A stretch of DNA of 64,000 bases, from sequence record MH460460.1; one strand, 5' to 3'. Of this stretch, positions 19,336 through 28,435 are shown piece after piece (the first letter of the stretch is position 1; each line of letters begins with the position of its first letter). The translations under genes and the position numbers were made by a program. Under the pieces are notes generated by a model. It worked only from the letters and a program-made list of their open reading frames with translations. It ran no database searches and had not been told where the DNA came from.

Positions 19336-20103
19336 CTAAATGAAGACTTGTTTAATGCTCCGATTTATCAGGCGTTCCATTTCAGACTTTTTGTGTTTGC
19401 CTAAAAAGAAAATCTGACGCTCCAAGCGAATTCTTACGGTGAATGAATTTCCTTTCGTGCGGCAACAATGAATGCCTAACGATTGGTTCCATTCAGCCAT
19501 GTATTTGCGTTTGCCAATAACTGAAACTAAACTCGGATAAGTATCAGGAACATTTTGCAAAGCCGATTTAGCTAATAACTTTGTTAAATTATCAGTTTTG
19601 AATACAGACGGAGGCATTTTTCCGGAAAACCACAACTGTTTGTTGAGATTTAGCACTTCACCCACTTTCTGTTTTGCAGAAATAGGGATGAACGTCATGT
19701 AAACTTCGGCCTGAACAATAATGCAATTGGCTACTTGATTGTAGTTGGATTGAATACGAGTTCGCACATCAGCAACGCGCATGTATTTTCTGAGAAGCAT
19801 TCGATTGAAAAATTCGTTTACTTCTCTATAGCGCGTGCGAAGGAATTTTAAATAGCGATCTCGCGATGTAACTGCAACACCGGGAATACTTCTGATTTGA
19901 GGTTTCGCAATAGTCTTGTTAAGGCCACTAACGAAACCTTGCACCGCGAGAAGCATTCCATCCTTCCCGCTATTGAAAAGATCTTCCGCAGTTTGAGTAT
20001 CAACATAAGCCGCCCACGCTTCGAAATATTCCGGCGCAATTGCATCCGGAAAAGAATTTACGTGAAGCGTATCGCCTGCGCCATAATCACTAGGCTTAAT
20101 CAT
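19336..20103 (-). CDS. Hypothetical protein
   Basis: 255-aa ORF in operon. Confidence 0.65.
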   Translation of the reverse strand: MIKPSDYGAGDTLHVNSFPDAIAPEYFEAWAAYVDTQTAEDLFNSGKDGMLLAVQGFVSGLNKTIAKPQIRSIPGVAVTSRDRYLKFLRTRYREVNEFFNRMLLRKYMRVADVRTRIQSNYNQVANCIIVQAEVYMTFIPISAKQKVGEVLNLNKQLWFSGKMPPSVFKTDNLTKLLAKSALQNVPDTYPSLVSVIGKRKYMAEWNQSLGIHCCRTKGNSFTVRIRLERQIFFLGKHKKSEMERLINRSIKQVFI

Positions 20104-20462
20104 TAACGTCTCCCATGAAGCAAACGAGAACCGCGACGGTTAGCGCTTCCGATTGAATTGTTGTCGCAACGTTCGCAAAGCAATTTTAAATTACGCGGGT
20201 TAATGCTACCGCCTTTTGCATGAGCAATCGTGTGAGCAAGAATTAAAGTTGAAGTTGCTTTGCCGCAGTTCTGACAGTACGCCCCGCGTTCTTCAATCAA
20301 ACGCAGTTTCAACGAATACCAATCAGAACGTTCCGGACGTGCATTTGTTCCGGCACGCAGACGATCCAGATTTGAAACGCCTGCAATTCGTTGCGCTGTA
20401 GAGCGCTTTCCGAAGCCGCCATTTTGACGAGCAGCAATACCGCCGCGAGGTTTATAGGTCAT
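20103..20462 (-). CDS. HNH endonuclease family protein
   Basis: CQNCG...HTIAHAKGGSINPRNLKLLCERCD. Confidence 0.85.
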   Translation of the reverse strand: MTYKPRGGIAARQNGGFGKRSTAQRIAGVSNLDRLRAGTNARPERSDWYSLKLRLIEERGAYCQNCGKATSTLILAHTIAHAKGGSINPRNLKLLCERCDNNSIGSANRRGSRLLHGRR

Positions 20463-20468
20463 AAGAGA

Positions 20469-21227
20469 TTACCCGAATACTTCAACAGTTTTATTCAGTG
20501 CCGCCTCATAGGAGATTTGGAAATCCTTAGCAGCACGCCGCAAAATTCCATCTATAGCTTCTTTACTGTTTTCGATCAGTGAAAGATCATCGCAGTTAGA
20601 TTTAATCCACGCATTAATTTCCTGCGCCATTTTAACCATAGAGTTACCGCCCAACTGAGCGAAAGGCGTAACTACTTCGCTACTGATTACTTCGCCTAAC
20701 TGACCAACATCACGCAGCGCACGCAGATCCGCAATCAGTTCACGCATTTGATTATAAACCTGCATGAGCGGATACAAGTCACGACCTTGCCCGGTATCCA
20801 GATAACGATCTTCTGCTTTACGCACAATGACTTTCAACTGATCGAACATGCGAATGTATTCGTCAATCTGTTCGTTTTCCTGACGAACAATATCAGGAAT
20901 AGCTTCAATAAGAACCTGCGCTTGATCTTCCATTTCCGCAGTGTTAAGCAAAGCAGGAAGTTTTTTCTTTTTCTTTTCCTTCTTCGCTTTCTTCTCGTTA
21001 GCTTTTTTACCCGCAGCAGCCGCTTCGGAATAAAGCACTTCCGGATCGAGTGCGACTTTTAAATCTTCGAGACGCTCGCTCTTACCCGTTTTCTTTTTCT
21101 TCTTTGTCTTTACTGCCGAAACAACCTTAGCTTTTTTCGCAGTAGATTTCGCTTTGATTTTTATTCCAGATTTTTTCTTCTTAGCGGTATGCTCCGCACC
21201 GAAATCATCCAAAGAAATTGCAGGCAT
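20469..21227 (-). CDS. Hypothetical protein, K-rich N-terminus and helical C-terminus
   Basis: 252-aa ORF. Confidence 0.65.
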   Translation of the reverse strand: MPAISLDDFGAEHTAKKKKSGIKIKAKSTAKKAKVVSAVKTKKKKKTGKSERLEDLKVALDPEVLYSEAAAAGKKANEKKAKKEKKKKKLPALLNTAEMEDQAQVLIEAIPDIVRQENEQIDEYIRMFDQLKVIVRKAEDRYLDTGQGRDLYPLMQVYNQMRELIADLRALRDVGQLGEVISSEVVTPFAQLGGNSMVKMAQEINAWIKSNCDDLSLIENSKEAIDGILRRAAKDFQISYEAALNKTVEVFG

Positions 21228-21247
21228 ATAAATTTACCCCTAAATGC

Positions 21248-21274
21248 AAAAAGGGGAACCAGTTTGGCTCCCCT
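21248..21274 (-). terminator. Rho-independent terminator
   Basis: AGGGGAGCC-AAACT-GGTTCCCCT plus U-run. Confidence 0.8.
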
Positions 21275-21287
21275 ATTTCGAACAGGC

Positions 21288-22091
21288 TTAGAAGCCGTGA
21301 TTGCGGATAATGGTTTCCAGACGCTGCATGTATTCCGGCGAGTAGCTGAACACCTGACGATAATAGTTCACCAGTTTTTCAACGGTGGCATTACCAGCAG
21401 CAGAAACAGAATCCATTTCCGGGAAGTGACGATCTTCGATGTTGTCGCCATCAAACACGGCAACCATCGACATAGAAGAAATAACTTCTGCGTTACCTTC
21501 TTTGTCAACAACCTGATAACCGATCTCGTCGTTGTCCTGAATCTGAGCAACAACGAAACCAACGCGCAGAGCACCGGATTCAGAAACGTAACTGATCATA
21601 TCGCCGCCCTGAGTGCCTGCGATATCCAGATTGAATTTGTCCAGTGCTTTTGCAACGTCCGGATTAACGCTACGAAGACCAGCAGCATTCACGTTAGAAA
21701 CTGAACGGATCATATCCATCAGTTCTTCGGTGTCGTTCATATCGCTAGTGCGAACCAGAATATCCTGACCGCTTTCGCTATGACGAACCGCCCACATGCG
21801 TTTGGATTTATCCATGTACATGTTAGCAGACAGCGCCTGCATTTCGCGAGCGTCTTCCATCGGAAGAATATCTTTCGCACGCTGCATGATAGTGCGCACG
21901 TAACTCTGAGTACGACCGCCGTGAATTACGACAGAAGATCCGGCAACCGGAATAAATTCGCGCTGCGCAGATTCAGAAAGAACGGCACCGTAATTATCAG
22001 CAATGTTTTCGCCATCTGCGTGAACAACATGAGCGAGAACAACACACTGATTCTGATTGATCGAATCAATCTGTTTAATAGAAGTTTGCAT
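21288..22091 (-). CDS. Putative virion/head-assembly protein (start revised to ATG 22091, MQTSIK)
   Basis: RBS GGGAG before 22091; removes the overlap with 22144..23304; function inferred from context. Confidence 0.55.
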   Translation of the reverse strand: MQTSIKQIDSINQNQCVVLAHVVHADGENIADNYGAVLSESAQREFIPVAGSSVVIHGGRTQSYVRTIMQRAKDILPMEDAREMQALSANMYMDKSKRMWAVRHSESGQDILVRTSDMNDTEELMDMIRSVSNVNAAGLRSVNPDVAKALDKFNLDIAGTQGGDMISYVSESGALRVGFVVAQIQDNDEIGYQVVDKEGNAEVISSMSMVAVFDGDNIEDRHFPEMDSVSAAGNATVEKLVNYYRQVFSYSPEYMQRLETIIRNHGF

Positions 22092-22143
22092 CTTTAAAAC
22101 TCTCCCAATTGGATTCGTATTCAAAATTAGTATTTGCGTTCGC

Positions 22144-23304
22144 TTAGTTAATACGATAGCGAGTGTTGACCCAAATACTACGGTTCCCAACAGTCGCCCA
22201 TTTCGTTGTCGGACTGTTTGTAACACCGAGTTTACCGAGACTGCGAGCACCATCAATAGCGCTACCGCCTTGAGATCCGTCGCCGTCATTAATACCTGCT
22301 TTCGAAAGCAAACGTTTTAAGTTTGTGATTGGCCCTTGAATCTGAGTTTCGATTCTTCCTAATGCAGCTTCAATACTAGGAGTTCGATCCATATTCAAGT
22401 TAACAACCTGACCAGTAAAATCGAAAGCCATCTGTCCTTCTGCCTGCAACTGAGCGGATAGCGCATAATAACAAGCGCACGTAACCCAACCATCTAAAAT
22501 CGTGCCTTGCATATTGGTTCCCCAAAAACCTGTAACGCGAGGGCCAATCTGATTGAACAAAGCAAGACCACGAAAAAGATAAGTTAGAATATCTGCCGTT
22601 GTGTATTCCAATTCAGGAATAACATTCTTTGCGCGTGCCTTATCAATATGATCTTCGACGAGGCTTGCAGCAATAAGAATTTGCGGAGTGACAGCCCACA
22701 ACTTAAACGTATACAAACGCTCGCGCTTGCGTTTATCGTTGTAGTGTTTCGCAATGAACGACATAGGTTCCAGACGATAACTTGCAGCCCACAAAGGAAT
22801 TCGAAACGCACAAGTTTTAGCACGGTTCGCCGTCATTTGGATTCCAGCAGTTTTGTGATTAACGTTATCAATAAGAATTTCGTTGTTCACAGAAATCTGA
22901 AACTTCAACGTGTCTTTTTGCACGTTCAAATGGAAAGGCAACGTAACGTCAAACATTGTGTCTTCGCCGAGCAAACAAATAATATCTGTAGCACGGTTTT
23001 CCTGAGCAGGTTCAACGATGAGTTCTGATTTAGAACGAACCGGGCCTTCTTCGGAATCATAACGCCAGTTGATGACAAGTTTTTTATCATCAACCAATCC
23101 GAGATCCGGAATCGCTAAATCCGCAGTCCATCCACCGGGCGTTTCGGAAGTGGTAGCAACTACTTCCGCAAGAACGTATCCATCAGACGGATCAACGAGA
23201 GTTACAATTGGCCCCATGCCATCAGCAAGGGGATAAAGTGGTTCGTTGAAATCATCGAGAAAGACTTCATCGACAGAGACAACGTTACCTTCAACAACGC
23301 GCAT
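22144..23304 (-). CDS. Putative virion structural protein
   Basis: 386-aa ORF with beta-rich N-terminus and helical C-terminus; role is inference. Confidence 0.5.
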   Translation of the reverse strand: MRVVEGNVVSVDEVFLDDFNEPLYPLADGMGPIVTLVDPSDGYVLAEVVATTSETPGGWTADLAIPDLGLVDDKKLVINWRYDSEEGPVRSKSELIVEPAQENRATDIICLLGEDTMFDVTLPFHLNVQKDTLKFQISVNNEILIDNVNHKTAGIQMTANRAKTCAFRIPLWAASYRLEPMSFIAKHYNDKRKRERLYTFKLWAVTPQILIAASLVEDHIDKARAKNVIPELEYTTADILTYLFRGLALFNQIGPRVTGFWGTNMQGTILDGWVTCACYYALSAQLQAEGQMAFDFTGQVVNLNMDRTPSIEAALGRIETQIQGPITNLKRLLSKAGINDGDGSQGGSAIDGARSLGKLGVTNSPTTKWATVGNRSIWVNTRYRIN

Positions 23305-23306
23305 TG

Positions 23307-24404
23307 TTATACCTCTGTCAGATTAATATAAGCAATCAAGTTTTTTAATTGCTCATTATACGAACCGGTAACGAACGCTTTCGCCATCGCGTTATGATTC
23401 GAAGAAAGATATTGCACGATCTTCGATTGATACTCCGGAAGGTTTTGGAAGTTCTGCATCAGTTTGTAGAAGAATGCGCGAGTAAAGTTTACACGGCCTA
23501 CCTGATTCGCTTCCATTTCCGAAGCATCTTGCGCTTCACCTACAAGCGCATAAAGCGCGGCGTAAAGTTCTGCGCTGTCTTCCGGATATCCAGTTGCGAG
23601 AGTTGCGCTCATTTTCATGAAGCCTCGCGAGAGGAAATCAACAACTTTCGTTTCCACATATTCAGTTGCAGTCTTACCGAGATCCGGCAAGTACAAACTA
23701 TTGCTCAAATACATGAGATAGTAGAGCGGAAAGTTTTTATCCAGAAGATCAGGCGAAAGACAAACAGAGTGGCGTTTCCAAATTTCCAAACTGTATTGCC
23801 ATTCGTTGTAAGGAATATTTCGCACGACATGTTGAGCAGTTTGATCGCGGAGCATATCTGCCATCGTACTGATATCATGCGAGACGTAAGCAGGAGTGAA
23901 AGCAGGAGACGTAACTGTTTGCACATAGTTGCGCGTTACCATTCCGATTGTGTTGTACAACACATTCAGAAATTCAATCCCGTTTCCATTCAAAGCAAAC
24001 GCGTAGGAACGAGGAACGCAAATAGTTAAATATTCATTCGCATTTTTCTCGCCCCACAATCTCCAGTACCGAGCCATTCCGATTGACTGTACTGGCGCAG
24101 GCAACGTTCTGTTCTGCCGTGCTTTCAAGCAGAACGTAAACACCAGACCGCTATCAATCATTATGAGAGAAGGATCTGGAATGCCTGAATATCCCATAGA
24201 CATTTCATTGTCGGGTGAATAGACGTTCACTAAACAGAAGTTTTGTTGCAAACGAAAAGGCGCTTTCGCCTCAATCATTTCTTCGATAACTTTTTTCAGA
24301 ATCGGAGCAACAATATAAGGCGACGCGTTTTTCATTTGGTTCGGTCTGTACTGACCGACATAAGCACCTTCTTTGAACGTCCGATCTACTTTTTGGTAGA
24401 GCAT
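23307..24404 (-). CDS. Hypothetical protein
   Basis: 365-aa ORF in operon. Confidence 0.65.
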   Translation of the reverse strand: MLYQKVDRTFKEGAYVGQYRPNQMKNASPYIVAPILKKVIEEMIEAKAPFRLQQNFCLVNVYSPDNEMSMGYSGIPDPSLIMIDSGLVFTFCLKARQNRTLPAPVQSIGMARYWRLWGEKNANEYLTICVPRSYAFALNGNGIEFLNVLYNTIGMVTRNYVQTVTSPAFTPAYVSHDISTMADMLRDQTAQHVVRNIPYNEWQYSLEIWKRHSVCLSPDLLDKNFPLYYLMYLSNSLYLPDLGKTATEYVETKVVDFLSRGFMKMSATLATGYPEDSAELYAALYALVGEAQDASEMEANQVGRVNFTRAFFYKLMQNFQNLPEYQSKIVQYLSSNHNAMAKAFVTGSYNEQLKNLIAYINLTEV

Positions 24405-25681
24405 TATTTCACGGACTGACGCAGGAGACGTTTCTGATCGTTAGTAAGACCTAACGATTCCGCAAGCTGATCAATTTTCGCAAGAGTCAGCGCACCTTTT
24501 GCAGCGCCACCGCTCGCAGTCAAAGCGATTTCCATAAATTCACGACCGCCACGACCTTTAACGAAACGATGAATCAAACTGTTTTTGCTGGACATGCCAG
24601 TACGCAGAACCGTACTTGCTTGCGCCAAAATTTCTTCCGCAGCAATCTGACGTTCAGCTTTCGATAAGCCCGGAACCAGACGCACATAAAGTTTGTCGTT
24701 TTGCACACGGATGTTATCGAAGATTTCCATCGGCTTACCTTTCACCATTACGGTGCCGCCGCCCAACATCGTTGTGTTGCGCAGAGTTGAAGTGCCTTTA
24801 GTAATCGGTTTACGTTCGCTGAAATTCAGGAAGCCATCAATCGACAGAAGTGTGTTGATTGCTTTCTTCATTTGCGATGCGGTGTCAACAGAACGACCTA
24901 ACGGGAAACTGCCCGGAACTTTATCATCAACCAGAGTGGTGATGTAATTGGCAGAAATACCAGAAGCAACTGCAACGCTAGTTGAAAGCACAACCGCGTA
25001 ATTCTGATAATGAATGCCGTCACTGTTAACGAAGTTATCTACAAACACATAGGTCTGGAAGATAATAGGATCGGTCGCAGACGCAATGAAAGTACGAATG
25101 CGAATATTGCTGTATTGCTCTTTGCTCAAAATTGTTTTGAGGTAGTTAGCAATACTGCCAGCGAGTTTGGTGTGTTCCGGCGGCGCATCTTTCTTAACGT
25201 CAATGCTCATCACACGAACGAGATTGGTGCGCAGATCAGTCGCCTCTTTAACAACCGACAGTAAACTTTTCGCTGCGTTGGTTTGATCTTTAAACGCCGA
25301 GAATGCTTTACTGTTCAGAATAGTGTAAGCGATATTCAGTTCGGCAATCGCCTGAGAAAGCTGATTAACCTGACGATTATATTTCGCTTTATCTTTAACG
25401 TTGTTGAGATCGATTTTCGAAATATCAATAACGTTATTCAGGTCGAGAGTTTTGGTCTGAGACTTTTTAACTGTACCTGTTTTGATATCCGACAGTTCGA
25501 TTGCTTTGGCAGAAAGCGAAAGCAAATTGCGAGGAACTTTAACGGACGAAACAGAATCAACAACATCTTCCAGAATCTTTTTAAACTCCGTCGCAGTACG
25601 CGCATTACGGAGTGCGTTCATATTCTTGGAGTTATAATCTACAGAAGCACTGAGTTGCGCCTCATTGGTAGAAGTTTTCAT
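24404..25681 (-). CDS. Hypothetical (probable virion) protein
   Basis: 425-aa ORF, RBS GAGGA. Confidence 0.65.
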   Translation of the reverse strand: MKTSTNEAQLSASVDYNSKNMNALRNARTATEFKKILEDVVDSVSSVKVPRNLLSLSAKAIELSDIKTGTVKKSQTKTLDLNNVIDISKIDLNNVKDKAKYNRQVNQLSQAIAELNIAYTILNSKAFSAFKDQTNAAKSLLSVVKEATDLRTNLVRVMSIDVKKDAPPEHTKLAGSIANYLKTILSKEQYSNIRIRTFIASATDPIIFQTYVFVDNFVNSDGIHYQNYAVVLSTSVAVASGISANYITTLVDDKVPGSFPLGRSVDTASQMKKAINTLLSIDGFLNFSERKPITKGTSTLRNTTMLGGGTVMVKGKPMEIFDNIRVQNDKLYVRLVPGLSKAERQIAAEEILAQASTVLRTGMSSKNSLIHRFVKGRGGREFMEIALTASGGAAKGALTLAKIDQLAESLGLTNDQKRLLRQSVK

Positions 25682-25773
25682 ATTTTTCCTCTACGAATGG
25701 AATACGGTATGTACCCAATCAAATTACTGTCTAAATAGACTTTACAGAAAATAAAAAATTCGCAGCAGAAATG

Positions 25774-25800
25774 AAAAAGGGCAGGCCGAAGCCTACCCTT
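25774..25800 (-). terminator. Rho-independent terminator
   Basis: AAGGGTAGGC-TTCG-GCCTGCCCTT plus U-run. Confidence 0.85.
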
Positions 25801-25821
25801 TAGGAGAAGTCACGTTGAAGA

Positions 25822-26484
25822 TTAAACTTCTACGGTGCCTTTTTTCTTGGTTTTAGCAGCCTGCTTAGAACCGGTTTTCTGAGCGGCGGTGCCTTTCTTG
25901 TGCTTCGTTTTGGAAGTCACAATTTTACCATCTTTCAGGTGCGGCATCGGTTTCAGATTCGGTTTGACCAGACGTACTTTGGTCGCTTTCGCTTTCGGCG
26001 TAACCAGTTTGTTACCCTTGATCACCGGCTTACGTGCCAGACGCTGTTCCATACGTGCCTTCTGTTTTGCAGCAAGGTTGGTACGAGCAGCGGCCTGTTT
26101 AGCAGCGAGGTTGCCGCGAGCAACTTTCTGGCGAGCAACCAGCAGTTTACGAACGGTAGCCTGAGATTTTTTCGCTTTTTTCAGACCAGCGGTGTAAACA
26201 GACAGGCGTTTTTTCAGACGACTTTCCAGAGAAGAAGTTTTATCTTTCTTCTTCTGATCGCGCAGGTGTTTAGCGCGTTTGTTGTCGAACTCTTTATCCG
26301 CTTTGTCTTTTTTGGTAGAAGCCTTTTTATTGGTCTTCGTGGTTGCCGGTTTGGTAGAAGCCTTTTTGGTGGAGGCTTTTTTGGTTGCCGGTTTGGTGGT
26401 CGCAGGCTTGGTGCTTGCTTTTTTCTTGCTACCGCCTTTCTTCGGGTCTTCCGGAGAAGTCAGTTTACGATTTACTTTAGCCAT
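25822..26484 (-). CDS. Histone H1-like highly basic K/A-rich protein
   Basis: Repeats KKASTK / KPATTK; very few acidic residues. Confidence 0.7.
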   Translation of the reverse strand: MAKVNRKLTSPEDPKKGGSKKKASTKPATTKPATKKASTKKASTKPATTKTNKKASTKKDKADKEFDNKRAKHLRDQKKKDKTSSLESRLKKRLSVYTAGLKKAKKSQATVRKLLVARQKVARGNLAAKQAAARTNLAAKQKARMEQRLARKPVIKGNKLVTPKAKATKVRLVKPNLKPMPHLKDGKIVTSKTKHKKGTAAQKTGSKQAAKTKKKGTVEV

Positions 26485-26619
26485 TGTTAAATCCTCATTT
26501 CAAGTAAAAACATTTTTCTCTATGCACAAAGAAATTATTATTTCAAATTCAAAATTGAAAAATAAATCTCTTACCAATAAATTAGTATTCGAATTCAGAT
26601 TTCTCTTAGAATTTTTTCT

Positions 26620-27750
26620 CTATGCAGTATATCCGATCTCCGACAGTATCGTATCGACTTCATTCATTGCTTCGATACGCAGAGATTTTTTTATCCCCGA
26701 CGCTTTGAGAAACTTCTTCAAACCATCTTTAGGATGTATGTCGGAAAGAACTTTTTCCGAAATATCTACTTCCATTATATTATTGAGATCTGCGTTTTTA
26801 TTTGCAGATAACAAAAGAGAAATGTTAGGTACTCGAACACGGATATCAGAGGGAATTTGAACTCCGTCTGCCACAACAACACGATAACGAATCGCTGGAT
26901 TCACTTCTAGCTTAGACCATTCTTTCTGATCTTCAATTGCAACAGTCTGTAAACGGAAACCCGGCTTACTGTCAACGAACTTGTGTTTGACAATAAGTTT
27001 CTTCCCTTTGTATCCGGCCTTGATGTGAATGAATCCTTTCGGTAACGCTTCACCAAATGTTTTCTGATAAGGTGAACCGCAGTACAGGAAACGTTTTGAT
27101 TCTAAGTCCTGATACAAATGAATGTGACCACTGATTGTATAATCGCGTGGATCAACTTTGATATCCTTTTTAGTTTTGAGTGGACGACCGTTATCGCCCA
27201 ACGCGCCGATAGCTTCGACGTGACAGAAATTCAAACATGGTTTTTTATGTTTGATACTTTCTTCTGCCGGATGTGGAAGGAAGTTAACAACCACACCATC
27301 GAGAATCATTTGTTCAGGACGCAAAATGATCTTGAGAGTCTTTAAAAAATTCCATTCACAAAAACTCTTAATCAGATCCATACTGGTCTGAGTCTTGTCG
27401 CCCCAATCGTGGTTGCCGCCGCAGTAGTACGTCCAGATAATTCCATCGTACTTCATAAAGAATTTCATCAGCAGATATTTTGTGTCGTCGGTCATGCGAT
27501 ACTTATCCGTGATATCGCCCGGAACAATCACAATGCTGATTCCATTTTCAATCGCGTATTGATAAACACGATCAAGCGTTTCGAGTTGCCGCTCTACGCT
27601 ATCCGTAGGAAAGTGTTTATCCAATCCTTCCAGATGCCAGTCAGAACATACAATCGCCTCCAACATTTTCTTGTCAGAGTCTACAGGGTTATAAACAGAT
27701 TCAGTGGAGTAAGCCGACTCAATCGAATCAGCGATGCGTTTCTTTTTCAT
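26620..27750 (-). CDS. sbcD: SbcD/Mre11-like metallophosphoesterase nuclease
   Basis: SDWHL, PGDITD, GGNHD, SGHIH, CGSPYQ motifs; Rad50-like partner at 36585..38885. Confidence 0.9.
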   Translation of the reverse strand: MKKKRIADSIESAYSTESVYNPVDSDKKMLEAIVCSDWHLEGLDKHFPTDSVERQLETLDRVYQYAIENGISIVIVPGDITDKYRMTDDTKYLLMKFFMKYDGIIWTYYCGGNHDWGDKTQTSMDLIKSFCEWNFLKTLKIILRPEQMILDGVVVNFLPHPAEESIKHKKPCLNFCHVEAIGALGDNGRPLKTKKDIKVDPRDYTISGHIHLYQDLESKRFLYCGSPYQKTFGEALPKGFIHIKAGYKGKKLIVKHKFVDSKPGFRLQTVAIEDQKEWSKLEVNPAIRYRVVVADGVQIPSDIRVRVPNISLLLSANKNADLNNIMEVDISEKVLSDIHPKDGLKKFLKASGIKKSLRIEAMNEVDTILSEIGYTA

Positions 27751-27833
27751 AATGCGTCCGGAAGTTTCTTTTGTTTTTCTTTACAGATTTGCGTGTTAGA
27801 TTATTTCGATTTGAGCAAATTAATTCAGAAATG

Positions 27834-27861
27834 AAAATGGGCAGCACAAAGGCCACCCATT
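27834..27861 (-). terminator. Rho-independent terminator (repeated family)
   Basis: ATGGGTGGC-CTTTGT-GCTGCCCAT plus U-run. Confidence 0.8.
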
Positions 27862-27864
27862 TAT

Positions 27865-28389
27865 TTATTTACGATTTGTAGCAAACTTTCCGGTTTCTTT
27901 AAACGACAACCAATCACGCCATAAATACACAACACGTTTGTTTTGCCTTAAAGCATAATCCACGCAGTTCTGAGTTCCAGACGGCGCACCGCAAGCAAGA
28001 GCAAACAGCGTATCAGCTTCATCAACTATTTTCTCATTTCGAAAATTAAGTGCGAAAGCAGGGTTATCGATCAACTCAAAAGTTTCTTTGTCGATGCACA
28101 CACGAACTTCACTACTACGATTTAAGATACCGTCGAGTTCGAAAACACTTTCAACAGGCCATCGCGCATTAAAACCCAAATACGGAATCATGCTGATTAC
28201 CTTGTGTCCTTGCTCAATCGCAGCGGTCGCTATCGCCTGATCGAATCCAAGAGCGCATCCTTGCACTATCGTTACATCGGTATCCAACTTCAATAAAATT
28301 CTATGCGCGAACCGATACAGCTTTTTCTTAGCGCATGGAGTAAACCCTCCAAGTCTGTTTGGTCGGTGTCCAGTAAATCCGAGAATCAT
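27865..28389 (-). CDS. YspA/DUF1273-like SLOG family protein
   Basis: GFTGHRP, QGCALGFDQ, RNEKIVD, SGTQNCV motifs. Confidence 0.8.
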   Translation of the reverse strand: MILGFTGHRPNRLGGFTPCAKKKLYRFAHRILLKLDTDVTIVQGCALGFDQAIATAAIEQGHKVISMIPYLGFNARWPVESVFELDGILNRSSEVRVCIDKETFELIDNPAFALNFRNEKIVDEADTLFALACGAPSGTQNCVDYALRQNKRVVYLWRDWLSFKETGKFATNRK

Positions 28390-28435
28390 TTCTAAATCCT
28401 CTTAATAAGCACTAACCATTTACAGATTTGGAAAA

